DNA of 64,000 nt, from contig JBHLSH010000001.1 of assembly GCA_048881705.1 (NCBI GenBank), positions 64,001 to 128,000 of the forward strand, written 5' to 3'. Made by a program: the position numbers and the translations under genes. The stretch comes from Candidatus Heimdallarchaeota archaeon (GTDB taxonomy: Archaea > Asgardarchaeota > Heimdallarchaeia > Hodarchaeales > Hodarchaeaceae). The notes under the pieces were generated by a model, which did not search any database, was not told the origin of the DNA, and saw only the letters and a program-made list of their open reading frames with translations. Shown here one piece after another: positions 58,360 through 64,000 of the stretch (position 1 is its first letter; each line of letters opens with the position of its first letter).

Positions 58360-59538
58360 GTGAAAAATGTGACCAGCCGAAAACGTGTCTTATGTGTAGG
58401 CCGTGAAGTTGGCCCGTTAGGACACCTTCTGAAAGAAACCGTTCCCAACCTCCAAATAGGTGCAATAGATGTCTTAGGTAACATAGACACACGACAATAT
58501 GTTGATTGGGCTTTTTCGGTAGAAAAACAGGTGGCTGATCAATCCATATATCGACCCAAACGCCGAAGTCTCGAGGAACTCCTCTTTGAACTTACTCAGG
58601 TAATGTTGGAAGAAATATCCTTTGATTTAGTTATTCCGTCTTCCCCCTTCCAAACCAAACTGGATTATTTGAAGAAAATTTCGGAGCAAACAGAAGTTTC
58701 AATGCCTGAGGTATCTACACTAGAAAAGGTAACGACTGCCTTCCATTTCGTCACCAATCTTGAAGATTGTTGCCCTTCGTTTCTTCGTGCCTTGAAGAAT
58801 AAGATTTTGATCTCCGAAATAGTAAATGATGATCTCCCTGGCATATTAATTACAGAGAAGGGGAATTTCGTTCTGAAGACTCCATCATATTTGAATACCA
58901 TCAGTTCTCAAAAGTTAGAAGGATTCTATGCACGTACCTCAAACATTCATGTCGCATTCTTTTTGGACTCAGGCCATCAAAGCCAGTTCTGGGGGGTACA
59001 AACCGTTGCTCCCCCATATCATCACCCGATTTTTCCAAATTTCCTAGAGCGAAACAGCCTTATTCCCTATTCAGCTTCAGAAACATCCCCTATATTAGAA
59101 GTCAAACAGTTTGGTCAGGAACTAATTAACAACCTAGATCTCTCAGGTATGATCACACTTTACTTCTGTAAAACCGATCAGCAACTCGTACCCCTCTCTT
59201 GTAGTTTACTCCCAGATGAGAATCTAAGGTTGTGGGGCCGAAATCACCCCAATCTAGTTGTTAAATTTTTGATGACGCCTTCACGTGAATCCAATCCAAT
59301 CTCCCCTCCTAATGATTTTGTTTATCGAATTCCAATTTATTCAAGGTTCCCGCTAAAAGTTCCCTCTTTTCCTGAAGGTGCCTGCAGTCAGAAAAACCTT
59401 GCAAATAGCCTTTCTCACCACGAATACCCCATCTGCGTAATAACAGGGACTGGCGAAACAAAAAATAGCGCAGAAGAACGCCAAATGAAAGAACTCACTG
59501 AGATAACTCGATATTTTGAACTATATGGCCAAGAATAA
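58360..59538 (+). CDS. Degenerate ATP-grasp protein (COG2232-like)
   Basis: N-terminal RVLCVGREV...AIDVLGNID and KVTTAFHF resemble the COG2232 carboligase N-terminus; nucleotide-binding motifs are eroded. Confidence 0.5.
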   Translation: MKNVTSRKRVLCVGREVGPLGHLLKETVPNLQIGAIDVLGNIDTRQYVDWAFSVEKQVADQSIYRPKRRSLEELLFELTQVMLEEISFDLVIPSSPFQTKLDYLKKISEQTEVSMPEVSTLEKVTTAFHFVTNLEDCCPSFLRALKNKILISEIVNDDLPGILITEKGNFVLKTPSYLNTISSQKLEGFYARTSNIHVAFFLDSGHQSQFWGVQTVAPPYHHPIFPNFLERNSLIPYSASETSPILEVKQFGQELINNLDLSGMITLYFCKTDQQLVPLSCSLLPDENLRLWGRNHPNLVVKFLMTPSRESNPISPPNDFVYRIPIYSRFPLKVPSFPEGACSQKNLANSLSHHEYPICVITGTGETKNSAEERQMKELTEITRYFELYGQE

Positions 59539-59753
59539 AAATCCCGACCCTTAAGCGATATCATCATTCCTCCGATATTCAGGTCCGAATTTTATTTTAA
59601 AGCATTAAGACAGACTTTAAGAGTGTGTTTTCAAGTTAAAGCCTAGCTAATGTCTCGATGCGTTCGATAGTTCTGATATTAGTATATATTACTCGCCCAA
59701 AATCATCACATAAAAGAAAACCTTTAAGAGAAAGTCCTTAACATAGGCTTTTA

Positions 59754-60176
59754 GTGATTCTAGTGTCGAGTACGGGTGAAATGGCTCAAACGATCGCTCA
59801 AGATGCATTCAGAAAATGCCCTGCCTCCTTAGTGTTCAAAATTCGTGGAGGTAAAGGGAGTGTACTTGCCACGGTCTCAAATCTTTCTGAATTAATATCT
59901 ACATTACACGAAATCCCTCCCACGATTGTACATTTCCATGTCTTCCGGGAAACAATGTCGGGCCTGTTTGATGAACAATTAAATGGCCCTGTTGTAAGGT
60001 CAGACATCGCATTGTGGATAAACTACGTTCTGGGAGATGACGAGCTGTCACGAAGAGTGTGGGAAATTGGAAAACGTGAAAAAAACCCACGAGAATTAAA
60101 GAAAAAAGTGATTGAAACACTTAAGGAGCGCGAAAAAGAGCTTAGGATGGTATTGGAGAGATCTGTACGAAGATGA
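59754..60176 (+). CDS. DUF5752-like protein
   Basis: VSNLSELISTLHEIP...FHV...SDIALWINYVLGDDELS resembles the DUF5752 consensus as I recall it. Confidence 0.45.
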   Translation: MILVSSTGEMAQTIAQDAFRKCPASLVFKIRGGKGSVLATVSNLSELISTLHEIPPTIVHFHVFRETMSGLFDEQLNGPVVRSDIALWINYVLGDDELSRRVWEIGKREKNPRELKKKVIETLKEREKELRMVLERSVRR

Positions 60177-60227
60177 GGGGATGGATGTTAAGAATCTTGG
60201 TTATCAAGCGACTCTAACATCATTTAT

Positions 60228-61496
60228 TTGACAGAAGATGATCCGATGTACCTTATTCGTCGCATATTTCGTGTTGATCCACGTATTGAGCTGAAAAAAG
60301 GACAAAAAGCCTTTGACCAGCGAAATTTCAAATCAGCTCTCAAATCATTTGAAAAGGCCTTCAAACGGCTAAGTAACGTTGATATGCAGATAATGGCACT
60401 GGATAACGCTGCGCTTTGTGCAGAAAAGGCTTCCCTGTTTGAGAAGGCCACAGAACTATATTATCAATTAATTCTTCTAAAATTATCCCATAAAACTACA
60501 AAGCCATCTAGATTGGTTATGTCGGACATTAACCGTGCCATGGCGGTAGCCAGATTAAGTCCAAAACCCATCATTCCCATTTCCAAGTTTTTGTTGATGA
60601 AATTCTTGATATTCCTGGGCGAGAACGACCTTGATAAGCTAATCCCGTTTTATGAAAAGCTGAATCACGAGGTAAACGATGAATATAAGGCGGCTATTGA
60701 CACCACTTGGGAACTAATTCACACACAAGATACGTATGTACAGAAAAAACCCCTGCCTGAAATAGATTTGCCTAGGGAGTTTTTATCTGTGAGGCAGGAA
60801 GCAGAGCATTTTATGCAACGCCTTTCCCTGTGCCAGGTAACGTCCCTTACGCTTGATAACTCAAAATCTCTTGAAAAAGGCACGCCTTTCTCAATTTCCG
60901 GATCTTTTACCGTACACGCTGAACTAGCAATCGTATCCATTAGCCTGAGAATTGGCTCACACGGAAGAATAGTATCGTCAAACTTACCACAACTACCCAT
61001 TACCATGACAGAAGGCGCAAGCCAAATGGTACATTATTCATTGATTCCTAATTTACCGGGCAAATGGACCATAGGCCCATTAACTGTCGTTTACAGAATC
61101 CCCGCTGACCATAATACGAGCCAGGAGTATTCTGTGGTCTCAAAAACCCTAATCGCCTCCATCAAGGAAGCACCCCCTGCATTACAACTCTCGATGGTCT
61201 ATGAAACCATGGAAGAAGATCATGAATACACGATTACTATTAGTGCGGAAAACATAGGTAAAACTAGTTTACAGGATCTTAAAATTATTTTGGAAATTCC
61301 AGATGGAGTTGAATTGGGAACCGGTACAGAGCAGAAAACCATTGGTATCTTAGGCCAAGGAGAAGTCTTTTCTTATGAATTAAAGGTACAGTTCTCAATG
61401 GACCGAACGCATTTCGAAGGACATATCCTTAAAGCTGCAGGATATATCCAGAATAAACGCTTAGCTAAATGCTCTCTTAAGATTGGCGGTAGTTGA
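60228..61496 (+). CDS. TPR/alpha-solenoid plus two Ig-like (BatD/CARDB-like) domains
   Basis: TPR-like GQKAFDQRNFKSALKSFEKAF; Ig-like PGKWTIGPLTVVY and ISAENIGKTSLQDLKI...LGQGEVFSY. Confidence 0.75.
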   Translation: MTEDDPMYLIRRIFRVDPRIELKKGQKAFDQRNFKSALKSFEKAFKRLSNVDMQIMALDNAALCAEKASLFEKATELYYQLILLKLSHKTTKPSRLVMSDINRAMAVARLSPKPIIPISKFLLMKFLIFLGENDLDKLIPFYEKLNHEVNDEYKAAIDTTWELIHTQDTYVQKKPLPEIDLPREFLSVRQEAEHFMQRLSLCQVTSLTLDNSKSLEKGTPFSISGSFTVHAELAIVSISLRIGSHGRIVSSNLPQLPITMTEGASQMVHYSLIPNLPGKWTIGPLTVVYRIPADHNTSQEYSVVSKTLIASIKEAPPALQLSMVYETMEEDHEYTITISAENIGKTSLQDLKIILEIPDGVELGTGTEQKTIGILGQGEVFSYELKVQFSMDRTHFEGHILKAAGYIQNKRLAKCSLKIGGS

Positions 61497-61544
61497 TGGT
61501 AGAACCTTTTTCATTCATTCAGAGAACAGAAAAGGCAGGATATG

Positions 61545-61829
61545 TTACTTAAGCCGCGTTATAACCATTAATTCCCCCTTCAACTGCTCTATCGTAGCCC
61601 TCGGAAGGTGGGGTGTGACAGAATAGAGCGTTTGTCTCATATCATTTAAACAGGGATATTTTCTGACATATTCCTGATCAAGTAGCAATTTTAACGCATA
61701 CCTGACAGACCGCGTCGAGCACGAGACTTTTTTGACGATTTCTTTTGAGCTCAAAGGACCTTCGTTAATGATGATACTGTAGACTTCTTTGGCCGATCGT
61801 GGTAAATTGGCTAAAACCGTCTCCGACAC
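61545..61829 (-). CDS. Small winged-helix regulator, paralog of 32863-33141
   Basis: LPRSAKEVYSIIINEGPLSSKEI...STRSVRYALKLL...DMRQTLY. Confidence 0.85.
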   Translation of the reverse strand: MSETVLANLPRSAKEVYSIIINEGPLSSKEIVKKVSCSTRSVRYALKLLLDQEYVRKYPCLNDMRQTLYSVTPHLPRATIEQLKGELMVITRLK

Positions 61830-61957
61830 TAGATAACCATCCTAGAGCTTCAATGGCTTCTTTAACTGTCAAATGCTCATTCTTTTAAATAAAGTTGTCT
61901 TTTAGTGCAATCGTAGAGAATGGGAACTCGAGTGCGGATGGATTAAAAAATCGACTT

Positions 61958-64000
61958 CTAAGTTGGTCGCAATCCAAGTCGCGTAATAAATGTGCTGTAA
62001 TACGCGTAGCAATCAATCGACTCTTTCTCTCCTAGTGTCACAGAAGAATGCACAATACGGTTCCTTATGTTTCGGTAATGTATAATCTTTTTGCTACTAG
62101 GTAGATCATATCCATGCGTTCTGAGTTCTTCAACCTGCATTGTAAAATCTGGCTTAGATAGGAGGTTCAGCGAGACAATCTGCTGGTAACGGACAAAAAG
62201 GAGGTTTTTGACCGCTGTGTCAGCTTTTATTACAAAAAGCTCGTAGTTTTTTTCCTTAAAGGCCCGCTTGGCTTGATTCCATAATACCCGGACATAATTG
62301 ATATTCTTGATTATTTGATCAAGATCTAATTGCTGAACAGGTTCTATTCCAGAATCGGAAGCTCGCTGGTAGTTTTGTATAACATAAGAGAGGCGATTAT
62401 TGAGCTGATTATATGCAAAAATTGGAGACACATTCACGAATAGCACAGGAATTACCAGAATGGTCAGGGGGAGAATCAGAACAAGCAGAAGATTTGTAAT
62501 TCCGTCTATATAGAAGGGGAGGAAATTCTGAGAGAGAAACAGATAGCTTAGAAGATTTAGACTCGTATAAAGGATCGCGCCTATAAAAAAATAGATTAGC
62601 CACTCCACTTTGCGGCGTAACCGTCTGGAAAATACCAAGGTTTCTTCTTCAGTTGATTCAACACAACTAATCAGAGCATAGGTGGATACAGGAATACTCG
62701 CGACTCTGACTAGGATAGAATCTTCCGGAACTTCGTCTAGTTTATATATTCCTCTAAAACTATCTTTGAGCAGTTTATAGGTTTCCTTTCGGTGTGCTGG
62801 AACGGACCATTGGTTGACCCGAAACCATTTTCCTTTAATATCCAGGTAGATCAGGTAGCCCGGGAGTGCTACTAGGGTACTGATTATCAAGAGAAGTCCA
62901 GAGACATCCCAAACGAAAGGACGGGGTGGTTGAATCTCTAAATGAATATAAAACACTCCTATGGCATTATCTTGGGGAGATACAACAAGATAATAGGTTC
63001 CTATATCGAGTAACAGTGTGTTTGTTATATTTATTTCGCCATCACGATCCTGCTGTTCTTCAGCTGCCCTAAATATCGGATTTTGCCCCCCTTCAGCAAA
63101 AATTTCGACAATTGCCAAATCAAGAACTTCTGATGTGGTACGATTATCTTCAAATAGCCAAATAAATATCCCCGTCCGACTATGATTCACCTGAAACGCA
63201 AAATAGTATTCCTTGGCGGTCCACTCCTGATTAATTCTCACAGGTGTTGTATGGTTATCCTGTAGCTTCCCTGCCGTTTGAAAGCTATATAAAGCCGGCG
63301 CCGCGTTAAAAGAAATATTGTACAATCCTATCTGGGAGGTCTCTTGGTTATGTTCGATTTCAATGATGTAAGTGGCTTGAGTTCCAGCATTCCAAGAAAA
63401 GTTATACCCCCCACGAATTTCCGTAAACGGGAGAACAGGGTTTTGGAGAAAATTTTCTCTATATATTCCCAATCGCGCCTTAAAAAGCACACTTGAGTCA
63501 ACTTCCTTTAAAACTAGGGTTCCATTCTGGTTTTTATTAAGAAAGATTTTCCAATAATGAATTTCATGGGGAATCGTGAAATTAGCCATCCATGGGATTG
63601 GTTCCACTTCAAGGGCCTTATCCTCACTATACGAAACCATTGGAATGGAGACCAAGATTTCGTAGGTCGCATTCATGTCTCTAACAATTCGTGTATCATT
63701 AACTTGGAGGATCCAATCCCCTGAGATTGGGGTAGTGAATGATCCCAAATAGGGAGAAAATCCACTGGAGTCGCTACGGATATGATTGAAGGATACCCCG
63801 TCAGAGGTGTAAAGCCCTACCGTGAATTCAGATTTCGAATATGGAGCTTTTGGATCCACAGAAAAATAGATTACCTGTTCTATAGGGATGTTTTCAATTC
63901 TCCAGTTATGTGACATTGAAATATTCGAAAACACTCCGATTTGAGGAATTCCGTGTGTCAAAATGACTTGATTGGGAAAATCATTCGATTCTTCTTCAGC
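61958..64000 (-). CDS. Receptor-like membrane protein: extracellular PPC-like beta repeats, three TM helices, C-terminal HEPN domain (5' end outside window)
   Basis: Frame stays open to base 64000 (AEEESNDFPNQVILTHG...). About three beta-sandwich repeats (GDWILQV, ATYIIEI, GTYYLVV); TMs; HEPN helices with RNIRNRIVH. Confidence 0.8.
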   Translation of the reverse strand, partial: AEEESNDFPNQVILTHGIPQIGVFSNISMSHNWRIENIPIEQVIYFSVDPKAPYSKSEFTVGLYTSDGVSFNHIRSDSSGFSPYLGSFTTPISGDWILQVNDTRIVRDMNATYEILVSIPMVSYSEDKALEVEPIPWMANFTIPHEIHYWKIFLNKNQNGTLVLKEVDSSVLFKARLGIYRENFLQNPVLPFTEIRGGYNFSWNAGTQATYIIEIEHNQETSQIGLYNISFNAAPALYSFQTAGKLQDNHTTPVRINQEWTAKEYYFAFQVNHSRTGIFIWLFEDNRTTSEVLDLAIVEIFAEGGQNPIFRAAEEQQDRDGEINITNTLLLDIGTYYLVVSPQDNAIGVFYIHLEIQPPRPFVWDVSGLLLIISTLVALPGYLIYLDIKGKWFRVNQWSVPAHRKETYKLLKDSFRGIYKLDEVPEDSILVRVASIPVSTYALISCVESTEEETLVFSRRLRRKVEWLIYFFIGAILYTSLNLLSYLFLSQNFLPFYIDGITNLLLVLILPLTILVIPVLFVNVSPIFAYNQLNNRLSYVIQNYQRASDSGIEPVQQLDLDQIIKNINYVRVLWNQAKRAFKEKNYELFVIKADTAVKNLLFVRYQQIVSLNLLSKPDFTMQVEELRTHGYDLPSSKKIIHYRNIRNRIVHSSVTLGEKESIDCYAYYSTFITRLGLRPT

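Noticed and set aside
1129-62603. Many short antisense or alternate-frame ORFs in the ORF track (e.g. 1129-1443, 2464-2977, 22592-24286, 34147-35623)
   Set aside because: They overlap well-supported genes and have no motifs; treated as shadow ORFs.
1-64000. CRISPR arrays, tRNA or rRNA genes, integrases
   Set aside because: I saw no regularly spaced repeats, no T-loop GGTTCGAATCC-type motif in a cloverleaf context, and no rRNA signatures.

Overview
A 64-kb stretch of an archaeal chromosome, almost certainly Asgard (probably Heimdallarchaeia/Hodarchaeales-like; this is inferred from gene content). It has about 58 protein-coding genes and one SRP (7S) RNA gene (32374-32675, minus strand). I saw no tRNA, rRNA, CRISPR array or transposase. 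Housekeeping genes (Hef 5' end, PAC2, Cdc48, R15P isomerase, NreA, EndoQ, Maf, TrpB2, MptA, RibD-C reductase, aminotransferases, Nudix, M28 peptidase) are mixed with many eukaryote-signature proteins: Arf-like and Rab-like GTPases, four roadblock proteins, several longin/uDENN-like proteins, a Yip1 protein and a membrane RING protein. Top candidates for undescribed systems: (1) a tightly packed minus-strand operon (13557-19614) with a ~1170-aa helical-repeat protein, a divergent tubulin-superfamily GTPase whose C-terminus resembles tubulin helices H11-H12, and a membrane-anchored coiled-coil partner; (2) a receptor-like membrane protein with extracellular beta-sandwich repeats and a cytoplasmic HEPN domain with an intact RNxxxH RNase motif (61958-64000, cut by the window edge); (3) a translationally coupled trio of two degenerate AAA+/winged-helix ATPases and an apparently inactive Mrr-like nuclease fold (2391-5294); (4) a pseudo-MinD/longin/wHTH fusion next to a Rab-like GTPase; (5) a ~140-nt multi-hairpin leader upstream of a small zinc-ribbon gene. 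All family calls come from motifs recognised by eye; no database searches were run.
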